Origin: Oculina patagonica
Lineage: Eukaryota
Length of the DNA stretch: 64,000 nt
Direction: 5' to 3'
Assembly: GCF_052425735.1 (NCBI RefSeq)
Contig: NC_135760.1
Location: forward strand, 12,276,001-12,340,000
The first letter of the stretch is position 1. Every line of letters starts with the position of its first letter. Under the pieces are notes generated by a model, which was not told the origin of the DNA, made no database searches, and was given only the letters and a program-made list of their open reading frames with translations. Position numbers and translations under genes: made by a program. This document shows positions 13,344 to 26,700 of the stretch, piece after piece.

Positions 13344-13815
13344 ACTTTTTGGAGAAAAAGATAATGCTAATAAGATTGGTGACCACGAGGTTTAGCTTCT
13401 CTTCTGTGCAGATTAAAATTTTTGATCTTACAAAATGAGTCACAAAACTCGCGGGCAAGATGCGTCGAACTTCCTGTTTTGGTATTGCTGCTGAACTGTC
13501 TATCTGCGGGCGCGTTCTATGGCAAAGTTAATTTGAAAGACCAAGCTGCAAGTGTTAAAAAAGTATAATCATTGAATTTGTTATAAATAGCTTCTTCGTG
13601 AAAAAGATGCATAAGGTTAAAGGTGTTGGAAGGGCGAAAAGATATTTTACAGCGATAATTTGGTGCGAGGATAACACGCGTGTGTGTTGCGAGTCGCACG
13701 CCCACGCGCGAATGTGGCGTGATGTGGTTCGAGGAGCAAGTCCCAGTGTCCAACGCGCGCAAGCAAGCTGTAGCACATTTCGCCCAAAATAGATCAGCCT
13801 TCTGGCCGGGTGAAC
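13344..13815. promoter_or_regulatory. Putative bidirectional promoter of PPM1G/EPT1
   Basis: 472 bp between the divergent ATGs; locally CpG-rich (cacgcgcg, acgcgtg) with an ETS-like acttcctg. Confidence 0.6.
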
Positions 13816-16800
13816 ATGCCTCCTGATTCGAAAGATCTGTCCTCTTTAAAGGACAAATCCCCTTCGTTTCATAGACTGCATGCTACAGACTTGGACAGGA
13901 TGAAGGGAATTTATTTATCGGCTGAAGAGCTAAGGGGTTTTGACAAATACAAGGTAACACCCATGATCGTCTAGTCGGTCGGTCAACACAAGTTTGAAAG
14001 TTCTTTGAAATCTGTTGCATTCTCATAACTTTTTTATTTTTATTTAGTACAAATCGGAAGATACTTCACCTCTGTCGAACTACCTGACGCATCCATTCTG
14101 GAACTTTGTTGTGGAGGTAAGGGTTAATTCATAAAAATACGAAGTTTGTGCAGCGGCTTTTGTACGTACCCGGCGTAGTATTTGCATGCAAGATGTAATT
14201 TGTATGCCGGTAACACAGCTGTACAGAATCATTTACATGTGGTAATTCTGTAGATGCTCTGTTTTAAATGTCGAGAAACTAACGGACAGGAAATCGTACA
14301 AGAAACCGACCAGAGCGACGAGTGCTGATCAAACTACAGCGCCAATCCGCGACTTTGGGGAGTGGCATGTTTAACAGATTTGATCCCGTGAGGGGCTGGT
14401 CAGGGATGATCATGTCGTGTTGATCAGTTGTTACTTGTATCTATAATTTGTGTTCGCATAAAACAGCTGCCTGTGGTCGTGATATTGCTTTGAAATGGGC
14501 AATACGGTTTTATAATGACCTTTGATTCTAGGCTATGTAATCCTACTTGATAAACATTTTTTTTCTTTGAACTTTGATCGGTCTTCATTTCATGACAGTG
14601 GTTTTGTTGGCAAGCCATCTTGGAATGATTTATTCTTAAAATCTAAAGATAAAAATCTAATTCCCCCTACTTATTGCTAGATATTTCTTTTACATATTTA
14701 TTATTTGTGTGATTCCATGGTAAATCAAAGGGAAAGATTTCCGCACAGCCCCCTACATTAATTATGTATGCAACTATTTCATACTATCACTATACATAAA
14801 CAGCAATCATGAAAAGAACGAATCAGTCAGAAAATTGTATGCATAATTAATGTAGGGTCCTGTGCGGAAATCTTGCCAATCAAAGCATTTTCCCCTAGTA
14901 TTAGTTATTATTGTCCCATTTTCACCTGTTATCGTAATGATAGGTTCATCAAGTGTATTTTTTTTTTTTCAGTTCTTTCCCAGGTGGCTGGCACCAAATG
15001 TTCTCACATTCAGTGGTTGGTCTCTTCTGTTCCTGATCTATGCCGTTACGTGTTATTACGATCCTCATTTCACTGCAGCAGGTGATCCAGATGAGAGCAA
15101 AAGGTTGCCATCTTTGTGGTGGCTTGTCTTTGCCATAGCACACTTTCTTGCTCACACATTTGATGGCTGCGATGGTAAACAGGCTCGCAGAACCAATAGC
15201 AGGTAACATCATCTCTTTAACTTTTTTCCTCAAAATCAATGGCCTAGAAGAAATAAAATATCTTCTTTGTACCTTGTTGAATTTTATGTACTTGTGGAGT
15301 ACCAGAAAATATTCATTCCCACCCCAAGAATGGTTGTTGGAAATTCCAAGGAGAAAGAGGGTTTCATCCTGCCAAAATTTTTAAGGACAGGCTAAACTGA
15401 AATTTTCAGAAGGGTGGCGGGGCATTTATATTTACTGGAGACATTAACACCTTTTCCCCTTTTTTTCAGCTCTCCTCTTGGTGAATTGTTTGATCACGGC
15501 CTGGACAGCTCGGCAGCATTTCTCATTCCCATTAGTTTGTTTTCACTCTTTGGTCAGGGGCCTCACAGTGTATCTCTGTGGGAACTTTACCGACTGATGT
15601 TAGCTTGTTTGGCAGGATTTTACATGGCACACTGGGAAAAATACAACACTGGGACTTTATTCTTGCCGTGGACATACGATGCTAGTCAGATAGTAAGTTC
15701 TTTAGCATGCTATTAGCTAAGGAAAACTACACACTGCACTGTGTAATATTGCATGATACTGTGTACTTTTATAATATGCACAATTAGGTCAGATTTAAAA
15801 GAGATGTTCTAGTGATGCAGGTTGGATGTTTTGTAGTCTAGTAGGTGTGATCAATAGACCCTTTGCATAAATGGTAGTCAGGTGCCCAGGAGTCCAAAAT
15901 GTGACACCCACGGGCATTTTTGTCTGATTTTTGGCAACATAGCCATTTGTACTAAATCGAGTACGCTGATTTCGAAAATCAATGTTGCCAAGCTTAATTC
16001 TTGCGTTAAGATGATGTTTTGATGCATTTAATTATGACGTCATGGTCCAAATAAGGAATTTTCTTTCCTTTAGCTATTTTAAGCTCAATTCATCCAGAAG
16101 TTCGTTCAAAACATTATTAGTATACTGTAAAATGATTTTAAGAATTTTCTGATAGTTTTTATACCGTTTCTATGAATATCAAGCCGTCTTGTGGGAATTG
16201 ACCACGCCCTCTCATAAAAATCACTTTATCACGGGTGTAGTGTTAACATTTTGTTTAAAAATGAATGTGATTCTTGTATTAATAAAAAGTAGTAACTGAA
16301 TTGCTCCACAAACATCAGCGATGTTTGACATACACCATAACGACTGCTTTTATCCACAAAGAGAGTGGCAAGGAGAGACAGAAGCAAGATAATAAAGCTG
16401 AGAATTCTGTACATTCCACACAACAAAATCCGGGTTGTTCTTGTCACGGACAAATGAGACATTGCAAAAAATTGTCAAGAAAGATCTCGTGACTCTAGAA
16501 ATAAAACAAGATCTTTCGATTGGACAGACTCAGCTTGAACGATTCGTGGAATGGAGGCTACTATCTTCAGACAGAGAGGAAGAACGGGAACGGGAAGAAG
16601 GGATGGAAGACAAACTTTCGAGACCCTGTTCGCAAGAATAATCCACCTCTATTTGCCAGCCTTTATGAAGTTAAAAGTGCTGCAACTAGCCGCAAAAAGA
16701 GAAAGACTTTAAATTTGCATGGAAACCAGAGTATTCTATGTTGTCTAGTCACGGTGTATGAAGGCAGGCGCGAGATAAACATGCAAGCCATATTGTAGCA

Positions 16801-19800
16801 TCTGAGGTATAATGCCGGTGCCACTGTTTCTCGCAGAAATGAACCCCACAAGTGTGAAACAAGTCAATTTTAGAAGACGTTCTCAGAAGAAAAGGTCAAG
16901 TGCCTAGAGTCAGTTTGTTCTTCGGTGGCAGCATACTAATTATGGTGGCAGCTATTGGCAAACCAAAAAAAATGCAAATGCTTTCGGTGGGTTTGCGAAA
17001 TGTTACGTAAACACTGTTTTACGGAAAGGTCCTGGATACCAGAGGATTGATGTGTTACTCGATGGGAGGCACTCCATAAAAGCAACGACAAGAAGTCGAC
17101 GCTCCGAGAACACGGCGCGGCCTGTGAGCAGAGTCATTGAAGTACGTAAGAGAGGTTCAGTTGCGGCCGATGAAGTGGCGAGCATTTTTGGCACTAGGAG
17201 ACAACAAAGCGGACTTTGCACGGATTCTCTCAGATGAACTTATCTCGCAGGCACTGACTCTGCAATCGTAGTATATCTGGTGGTTTTTCGTACGAAGTGG
17301 ATTCTGCTCAGATTCTGGCCTAGATGTAGCCTTTTTGAGATCCAACCAAGAGGAAGCCGATAAGAAGTTTGTTCGTTATGCAGTCAGTCATAGCGGGCAT
17401 GTCGACAACATTATAGTTTCCACTCGAGGCACAGACTTGCTGTTACTTCTCCTGGCACATCGATCGCGCTAAGCTCTTGTCAACAGTGTGGATATGGGCA
17501 GGAACTTCAGAGAATCTAACGTAAATAACTTTAGAGGATGTCTCAGCAAATCTTCCTAATAACTCTTCAAGTTCATTGTTACCATCTCACACCATCACCG
17601 GCTGTAACAGCACCTCTTTCATCTGTGGAGAGTTATCACAGAAAAATTTGTTCTTCTCTTCTCGGTCGGCGAAGATGTCCTCAAAGCTGACACTAATACC
17701 TCCGCAGAAAACGTTTATTTGTTGAATGTATGAAATCCGATCTGACCACTGGCTATATATGTGCCTCTTCGCTATGAATTTAGATAAACGCATGCCATGT
17801 GCACTGGGCTGTTTGGATGCACCAAGACCGACGCTAATTGCTATATCAACCTGCGCTAAAGCGCTTTTAAGAAACTTGTTTAAAAAGCAATATTAGTTCA
17901 GTGTTTTTAAAAAAGTTCAGAAGATATATTAAAAATATTTACCGATATTGATTAAAAATATTATAGACAGATTTAAACCTGAAAGCAAGGAGCAATGTTA
18001 TGATCATTTTAAATTTGTTAATTTTACATGCGTTCAACCAAAGTCTTTATCATGAGCCTATAACAGACAAAGTGCATTGTGAAATAAGTTAGATTCAGCA
18101 ATATACAAGACAATCAATTAAGTTTTATCTCTAACTAAAACAACGATAATATATTACGACATTAACTATGATGTTATTTTCATTTAGTTTACCACAAAAC
18201 TTAAACGAAATGCTGAAACAAGGGAAACTCGATATATGAAAATTGTAATGGCGTCATTCTTGATGCTCGCTAGCTCTTAGCTTCAGCGTGGCACAACGAC
18301 CATATTTTTCTTTCTTATTGCAACTATAGCGATTTGTTAATACAAATATCGCATTTGTTCTTTGACAAAATAACAAAACTACACCCGTGATAAGGTTCCC
18401 GCGATATGGTGAATTTTGTTTAAGAGGGCGTGGTCAATTGTCAATGAAGGGCTTGATTTTCACAGAAACAGCGTAAAAACTCTCAGAAAATTCTTGAAAT
18501 CATTTTTACAGCACACTAACAATGCTTTAAATGAATTTCTGGATGTATTATGCTTAAAATAGCTAAAGGAAAGAAAATTCCTTATTTGGACTATGACGTC
18601 ATAATTAAATGCATCAAAACATCATCTTAACGCGAGAATTAAGCTTGGCAACATTGATTTTCGAAATCAGCGTACTCGATTTAATAAAAATAGCAATGTT
18701 GCCAAAAATCAGACAAAAATGCCCGTGGGTGTCACATTTTGGACTCCTGGGCACCTGACTATGGCGCCCAAATTTGAATAACAATACTATGTACATCCTT
18801 AGCCTCGTGTGGGTGTTTTTAGACAAAGGATTTTTTACGTGAATGTGAGGCTAAGGATGTATATGTATTGTTATTCAAATGAAGACGCCATTTATGCAAA
18901 GGGTCTATTACCTGATGGTTAGACTCCTAATCAAGGCGTTTGGGTTGAGCACTGGCCGGGGTCTAAACATGTACAAATTACCACATTATTTAATTTCAAT
19001 TTCTTTTAGGCCATTGCATTTGTATACCTTTTAACATTTTACTATGGAGTGGACTTATGGAAAATTCAATTAATGGAAGGTTTCCCTTTATGTTTTGTGT
19101 TTCGGTGGTCAGTTTATGGTACGTATAACTCTTTCTTTTTACATATTATAGACTTCCTACTTGCATGCAACAGTCAGTCTATTGTACCATCATTTTTTGT
19201 AAATTGTCTATAATATTTAGTCATGGTATTCTATAATGGTCAACATTTGGATTTAAGATGTGTATTTTGATGTCCTTGCAGGAAGCTCCCTTATCCTTAC
19301 GCTTGCTATGACATTGTACAACTTATACATGTGAGTACAGGAGAGTATGTTCTTCATCCTTTTGTTGTAAGAAATGTTCAGTTCTAAATAATCATAATTG
19401 GCTTGGGTTAGGATTTGGACCTTTTTTTGTATGGAAGGAATCTTAAGAGGGTGGCAAACAATATAAACCAACACTCTTGTAACACTGTCTGAAGGAGAAA
19501 ATGCATTGAAAGTGAGGGGAATTTAGAATTATCAGATCAGAAAATTTAGTTTAATGTATATTGAAAACTAACTTTGTTGTGTGCAGTTAAAAATTATATT
19601 TTCCTACTTATCACACAGGGCTCATGTTTCCAAAACAGACCGTGACCTACCTTTCCTTGAGGGTCTTGTTCCTCTGTTGTCATTTTCTTTAATGGTATTC
19701 CTGTTTTGTGCCTGGGCCATCTTATCTCCTGCCGACATTCTCCAGATTCAGCCACGTCTATTTTTCACAGCTACTGGAATTGTTTTCTCTAACATGACGG

Positions 19801-21866
19801 TAAGATGCTTGTTTTTATCGGAAAACTATTTTTAAAACATGGCCAATTCCTTGTCACTTTTAGGAAAGTATTTTCATGGTTTGCACAGTTTGCCAAACTC
19901 TAGGTTTCTGGTCCAACATGAGTAGCTATAGCCTTCCTTTTAGCTAGATAAATCCAGATTCTTGTACTAGGGAATTCAATTTTTCATGAACAGAGGTACG
20001 GAAATCCAGGGATCTGTACTAATTTTTGGTCAAATCTGTCAATCTGCCACTAGTTTTGTTTACATCCAAATCAGCATTACTTGAAAACTTTGTGCGGTAC
20101 AGTTTCACTATAATGGGCAGTAAATGTTGTTAATTATGCCCGTTTTTTAAGAGTGTCATTTCATTGCTTGTTCTTGCGACAATTTTGGCAACATACCGGA
20201 TCCATATTCGTTTTTTCTTCAAGTTTCGCGGGTTTTTTTTTTTTTTTTTTTAATGTAGACCGGCGACCAAAAGTGATCCAAACTCCATTTAATAGTATCC
20301 ACCACCCGAACTTCCTGACATGAAGAGTTCGGAATTTGGTCCAAAATTCTCAACTTATCCATGATTCACGTAATATATCAAACATGAGAGGCAGTGTTTC
20401 ATCGGGATATCCAAACACCGAGAAGAGAGTTGAAAATACGACGCGCAGTTTTTGACGAAATTCGAGTTGTTTGGATAGCCGATGGAACACTGTCTCGAGT
20501 GTTTGATATATCTTCTGAGTTCTCGATCGAAACAAAAACTACGGAGTAAACGGAGAAATAAAATCGTAAAAATCTATGCTAATTAAGATCGGGTTTCCAA
20601 ACCACCGTCACGGTTATAATTTTCTTTGTTTCAACTTGATGAATTATTAATGAGTTTGAGAATGTATTTTCAGGATCCTTGAATCCCCTCAATGTATCGC
20701 AAAATCCACAATCTGTGTGCTGTCAAGTCCATCGATCTGCCAACCTATTCACCCCCTTCTTTTCAGATATTTAACCGATCATAGATTACAATCATGAAAA
20801 ACTACTTTAACCTAATTAGCTACACTGGATTTGTTATTTCTTTCAGTGCCGGCTGATTGTGAGTACAATGGCCAACGTGCGCTGCCAAGCCGTCAATGCA
20901 ATGTTTTATCCCCTGTTTATCTGGGTGCCTATTGTGCCGTTTATAAGATCGACTGAATTAGAAGTTGGAATTCTCATTTTCTACACTGCAGCAGTAGCTG
21001 TTTCTCATGTCCACTATGGTATATTTTTGGTGAGTAGAAAATTTACTAGATTTTGTTTAAAAAATACATTTAAATAAAGGGGCAACCAATTCACTGACCT
21101 GTCTTTTATTGACAGTGGAATCCTGATTTGTCGAACATCATGATAACTTGAACCAAAATCCATTTCCCTCTCTTAGTTGAACATTATGTTCCACTGTTTC
21201 TCGAAAACTTTTCAATTTTCATTCATTTTGGAGGTTTGAGAAATTGGGATTCCACTATTTAGCATTCAATTTTTTAGATTTTTTAATTTAAAATTAAGTT
21301 TTAAATTAACTTAGAACTATTGTACTATTTTTATTTTTTTTTTTAATTTCTATTATGAATTTTTATTGTAAATAGTTTGTAATTAACTTTCGTTTACTTG
21401 TATTTTTTTTTTTACATTGCTGCTGAAAAGCCCTTTTAGGGAGCGCAATTAAATTGTATGTATGTATGTATGTATATATGTATGTATATGAGAAACCAGG
21501 TAAATGTAAGGAAGACTTACAGCAGGAAAGTTGACCTGCTTAGTTGTTCATAGTGCAAAGAAAATGAATTTTCCAGCTTGTCCTTTGGGCAAGAGTTCCT
21601 TACTCCACCCATGTGTTTAGCAACCGGAATTACCTGGTAATTAATTTGCTTTTGGGGAAAGGGGGAGCTGAATAAATTAACAGACTTAAGTTTTCAGTAC
21701 TTGGTTAAGTGGCAGGGATGGGATGAGACGACACCTCTCCAAGTGTTTGTATAAACATTGACTTCCAGTTCATATCATTATTTATAGAAGTAATTGTCTT
21801 CTCTCTTAGGTGCGTGAACTGTGTGCTCACCTTCGCATCAGCTGCTTCTCTCTCAAAAAACTCTGA
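13816..21866 (+). CDS. SELENOI: Ethanolaminephosphotransferase 1 (EPT1/SELENOI orthologue, CDP-alcohol phosphotransferase); exons 13816 (or 13900)-13953, 14048-14116, ~14973-15202, ~15470-15692, ~19010-19118, ~19282-19330, ~19619-19799, 20847-21029, 21810-21866
   Basis: [35 protein letters not shown], the CDP-alcohol motif [46 protein letters not shown] and C-terminal HVHYG...FSLKK; splice phases are consistent. Confidence 0.92.
15856..18906. mobile_element. Small MITE (AAT|AGACCC...GGGTCT|ATT ends, PIF/Harbinger-ISL2EU-like) interrupted by the Academ element
   Basis: Removing 15875-18764 rejoins aatagaccctttgcataaatgg-cgcccaaatttgaataacaatac, which is the inverted match of gtattgttattcaaatgaagacgccatttatgcaaagggtctatt at ~18865-18909. 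Confidence 0.85.
15875..18761 (+). mobile_element. Degenerate, internally deleted Academ DNA transposon with ~370-bp TIRs and a 3-bp TGG TSD
   Basis: Termini TAGTCAGGTGCCCAGG / CCTGGGCACCTGACTA, with TGG at 15872-15874 and 18762-18764. Frameshifted peptides inside (FRDPVRKNNPPLFASLYEV, IMPVPLFLAEMN..NKSILEDVL, YQRIDV, SIKATTRSRR, LRSNQEEAD) resemble Academ transposase. Confidence 0.85.
20370..20660. mobile_element. Interspersed repeat in an EPT1 intron (class unresolved)
   Basis: Internal inverted segments atatatcaaacatgagaggcagtgtttcatcgg.tatccaaaca / tgtttggatagccgatggaacactgtctcgagtgtttgatatat. Confidence 0.55.
21270..21490 (+). mobile_element. Probable LINE 3' end with (ATGT)n tail
   Basis: T-rich UTR-like sequence, a short hairpin, then a tgtatgtatgtatg microsatellite tail. 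Confidence 0.5.
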
Positions 21867-23787
21867 TAAAACCAGCGTGAAAATCAAGAACAATCATGTA
21901 CACACCAGAAAAGCAAAGCAGGTGTCTTCCTTGTGGAAATTTTTAAAACATGCAGACAGGTTTACCTGACAGAATATGAATCACTACTGTTTCCTCATGC
22001 AGAAGTACTGACTGGTTATGACGGTTATGCGGCTGCATGTTACAAGTCAGAGCTGGGACAGACTATCTAGTTACTAAAAGCCAATTGTTATTTATTGTTA
22101 GCAACTCTCTTCCTGTCCAAAATGGAATTTAACTGTGTGAATCTAAAATTTGACTACCTGTGCCACAACGAATCACATGGTGGATCAATTACAGGATTCA
22201 TTGTGGTTTAATTTTATCCTTGGTTCAAATTTTATTTTCCTTTGTTTTAAACTCATTATTGTTCATTATTATACCCAAAAACAAAGGAAAAAAATTTGAA
22301 CCAAGGATAAAATTGAACCATATCATTCAATTGGGGTTTGTAGTTTGTTCGTCTCACATCTGATTACACTTTACAAAATAATGATTCTTATGTTCACAGT
22401 TTTCAATAAACACTTTAAAAATCTCCCTGTAAAATAGGTTTTTTGTGCAGTTATTCTCTTGTGCATGTGAATTTATCTTGTGTGTATTAATAATGATAAT
22501 AAGTGTACAAAGAATAATAATATTTCAAAATTGTGACACAAAGGGTTTCTTTAAAATTGATTGAAACTCGTTTATTTATTTTGTGTCGCTGGATTTCAAA
22601 ATGGTGCATTCTTCTAACAGTTGTCACTGCAAAGAAATGATTTAATACAGTGAGTGGTTTGAAATTGAGTGATTTTAAATAATGCTATAATGGTTTTAGA
22701 AATGTTGATAGTTACAATTATGTAACTTCTTGAGAATCGAATATTCTTCTGTTTCAAAGAATATTTGGTATTTGGGGGAAGTACTATGACAATTATAACT
22801 AAATTAAGGAAGCTCATGAAGTTTTAATAATGTAATATATTACAACTTGTCCATTCTCTCAGGATGTTGTGTGTTTAATTATAATATTTACAAGTTGTCA
22901 GTTGTCTTAGGATTTGATGTACATTTAGTTATAAATGGTCATTGGAAATAAAGTTTCTTGGGCTGAATTTGACTGTCTTGTTTTAGGCATTCCTCTTCTC
23001 TCTTTCAAGGATCCAAGGTTAACCCTTTGTCTTGACAGTGATTGATATCTTATTTCTCATTACAGAATCATTGCATTATTATGCATACAAGTAAGGAGAA
23101 TAAAGAAAATCATCAACTTGAAATATTGTCTTGATGTGTCGCCAAATTCTCAAACCTAATTATTTTTTGGAACTTGCAACTTGAATTGTTAACATGAAGC
23201 AGAATATGGGCAACATTTACTGCCAGATATACAAATACCTGGTAGAAGGTGAATGGCGGAGCAACTAATAGCTGGACATTGCTGTTATCTTTTCAGTGAC
23301 AATGAGAGTCAAAATCAGACACTGAGCATGCAAAAGATTTTTTAACAAAATTTACAGTTATAAAATGTACATTTCTTGCTCTGTATAGCATGTTGTGTCT
23401 TTGGCGATTTATCAATTCTCTTCTGTAGGCTTCCACATCAAGCTAAAAGCCAGATGAGCATCTGGGTGTCCAAACTTGCAGAAATTTTGCTTGAAATGTT
23501 AACTTTCTTCTAGGATATTTGAGGGGAGGGCATGCCCCCTGCCCCCAGAGAACCCATTTGGCAAATCCTGAACTGTGCAATGCCAGTGTCAAATTATATG
23601 TGGTAATATGATTGAATATGAATCGCCATGAGTTGATCTACCATTACTCCATCGTCATGTTTAATTTTCCATAAGATACCTCTTGATACTGCTTTAGTTT
23701 GTCGAGTATTCCCACAGTAGGTAACTGTACTGCACAATGTGCTATTTTCAGTTTATTATTCACAGAAAAGCTTTGGTTGAAGAGCTC

Positions 23788-26700
23788 TCAAATGGGTTTT
23801 TTAGAGTTGTAGACTTTGACTCCTGTCACATCTTTTGATGACCGTGCAAACTTCATTAGAAGAGCATTTAGTGACTGTCCAGGAGCCTCAAGGTCTCTAA
23901 AATTGAGAAAGGAAATCCACTGTTGATAACACATACTACTGGTCTTGAAAGTCATCCTAGAACAAAATTTTATGCTGAGTACTTATTTTGCTCAAGTTCA
24001 GTTTAGCATTAGCATGCTAACGTGGTGTGGATTGTATGCAGTGTATCCCTGAGGCCATGGGCAAAAGGCGACAAGCGACGCAGCCCTGAATACCAACAAC
24101 ACAAAAATTTCGTAACAGTGTCAAATACATGTAACTTGATCAGGCCACTGAAATGCGACAGCGACACAATTTAAATTTAAAAAATAACAATCTACTGTTA
24201 AACTGAACAGAGATTGTTGGCCATCACATGGTCTGCTCAGAGAACAAATAAAATTAATTATTTGTATTATAATACATTTCTAAGTTCCTACTCAATTTAC
24301 ATGTTTACAACTAACCGAATATATGGCTGTATTTCATCAAATGTCCATTTGGGTTGTACTTTGAAAAGTTTCATGAACCTGTTGAAAAAGAAATTCATAG
24401 CCCCTGCTGAAAAGGTAATAGCTAAAGTGTTTGCATGCATTTTGCCGTTGATTTCCTTTAGAGTTAAGCATTATTACCCTTCACATCCACAAATGTAAAG
24501 GGGCCAAAACTGGGCTTCCTCTTTTTTGACAAGATGTATAAAACGACCTGACAACTGGGACAAACTTGCATCCTAACTGGGGGGGGGGGGGGGGGAAGAG
24601 TAGCAATACAGCTTCCCACTTCCCAGTTGCCTTCATAAAAAAGAAAGAAAACTAAAGATTGTCAATGGATGTCTTGGTCAGTGTGTAAATACTTTTCATC
24701 CATTTAAATAGCATCTCTTTATCCCTTTAACCCTATACCTACCTCAGTGCAGGGTCACCTGGGAGTTCAGAAGCTGGGAAATGCCAAATGACTGGTGGGA
24801 TGCTTTTCATGTCCATCAAAGCTATACCCTTAAAACAATGTATCAGAACTTGCTGGTTAAATATTCATCAATCTGTTATCAAGTCGACATGTCATAGGCA
24901 GTTATAATACACCCAAAGGCACCAGTGTATATTTTTGCTGATGGGAGTTGCAAAAAGTAGCCACCAGTGACTAAAATCAGAAAGCAGTAAAAGATTTTCA
25001 GAGTTGTCAACCTCACATTGGTTACTGTGTTTGATGGAGGAGAATGCATTCCTAATTTTGTGTGGTGTCCCGTGCACATACTGGGTGTCCTGCATATACC
25101 AGGGAAATTTTGGAGTTAGCAAAATGCCTCGTTTTCATTTTATCAACCTCATTTTCTGGCTATGGTCAGTAAATTCAGATTTGAATAAAGGGCAAAGTAA
25201 ATAGCCAGGGAACCCCACTTTTAGCTTGGCTAAATTATTTAACATAAGTCTAACAGTATTGGTATTCGTAGTCTTGGTTAAGATAAGAATTTGCAAACAC
25301 TATTAAGCAGTCAAACTACTGACTGCTACATCAAACTGAATGTTGTAGGAATATTTTAAGCAACAAACCAAACCAGGTCTAATTTTGAATCACAGTATAC
25401 ATCTCAAGCTGATTCTCAGCAAACGACAAAAACTGAAAGTGTTCCAGCTACAAATAATCACAACAGCAATGTTACTCACAATAAAAGTGCAAAACAATAC
25501 TCACAGCTAAATGTTCAGATTTTGTGATCATTCCTTCTGGAACACTTTGTTGCCAGGAATCCATAAATTCATGATAATTGAACTAAGAAACAGTAAAACA
25601 ACATAAGAATGAGCTGAGTACATTGTAAACCAGTAGGATCATGTTTACTATAGGTAAAGTCTTGTCCAACATGTTAGTCAATATATTGGCTGATAGTTGA
25701 CCGACATGACATACCATTCAAGAGTCGGTTGATAAGTGGTACTGGCCATCTTTTATAACTGATAACTGTTTAACATTCAGCTGATAGTTGACTGACACTC
25801 AGCTGATATCTCAACTGACTATTGACAGAGTGTCAACTGACTATCGGCTGACTATCAGTTGAAGTGTCAACTGACTGTCAACCAACATAATTACCAACAC
25901 ATCAGATGGGACTACCCAGGGCTCTCATTAAGTTCGGAAGTAGGAAGGCACTGAAAAAAAAGTAGGTGGACACAAGTGTTCGAAACAGTCTTAATTTAAG
26001 TGGTAATATTATTTATTAGAACTTGCAAATTGTAAGAGTTTAAAGGGGCTAGGTCACGGTATTTAAGGAAATACTTTTTATTTTCATTAATTAAGAGCTC
26101 TAAACTTTAAATTTGCAGGGCAAAAGTCTTTTATTGGCAAAATCATGGCCACATAACAAACACGGATGATTTTCGAGCATTGTAAATGACACTTTCAAAC
26201 AGACTGAGATTTTAAAACTTGAAAAAAGTCAGGCCAATGTTATTCAAGTTTACCCGAACGCAATACGTTTTAATCCTCTCGGATTTTGCCCATCCATACC
26301 CCTTTTCAGCATTTCTGTGTTTCTTTTAAGTTCTTCTACAGTTTTAAGCTGTTATTGCGATATTTCAGTTAATTCCGACTATGACCAGTTGGTCAGGCGA
26401 AAGTGCCTAAAATTGCGTGGCATAGCTCCTTTAAACTGGACTGCCAATGGGTATTTTCTTACCCTTCCTGCTTGTCTCAAAAGGTACTCAGCATAAAATC
26501 TACAGATCTTGTCTTCTGAAAGCCTGTAGTGAGTGATGTGGTCTCCTAAAAATTATGATGAATAGTACGCAATGAATCAAATAGCTCCAGTACCATGAAT
26601 AATAAATGAATAATCAAGTGAAAGCATTTCTAGGTCAATAACAACATTAACCCACCTGAATCAGTATCCATGTCTGTTACTTCACCATAACAATTAAGAC

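Noticed and set aside
22490-22540. SECIS candidate ATGA-N12-AAA...TGA
   Set aside because: Helix II does not pair, and it lies beyond an AATAAA at ~22405
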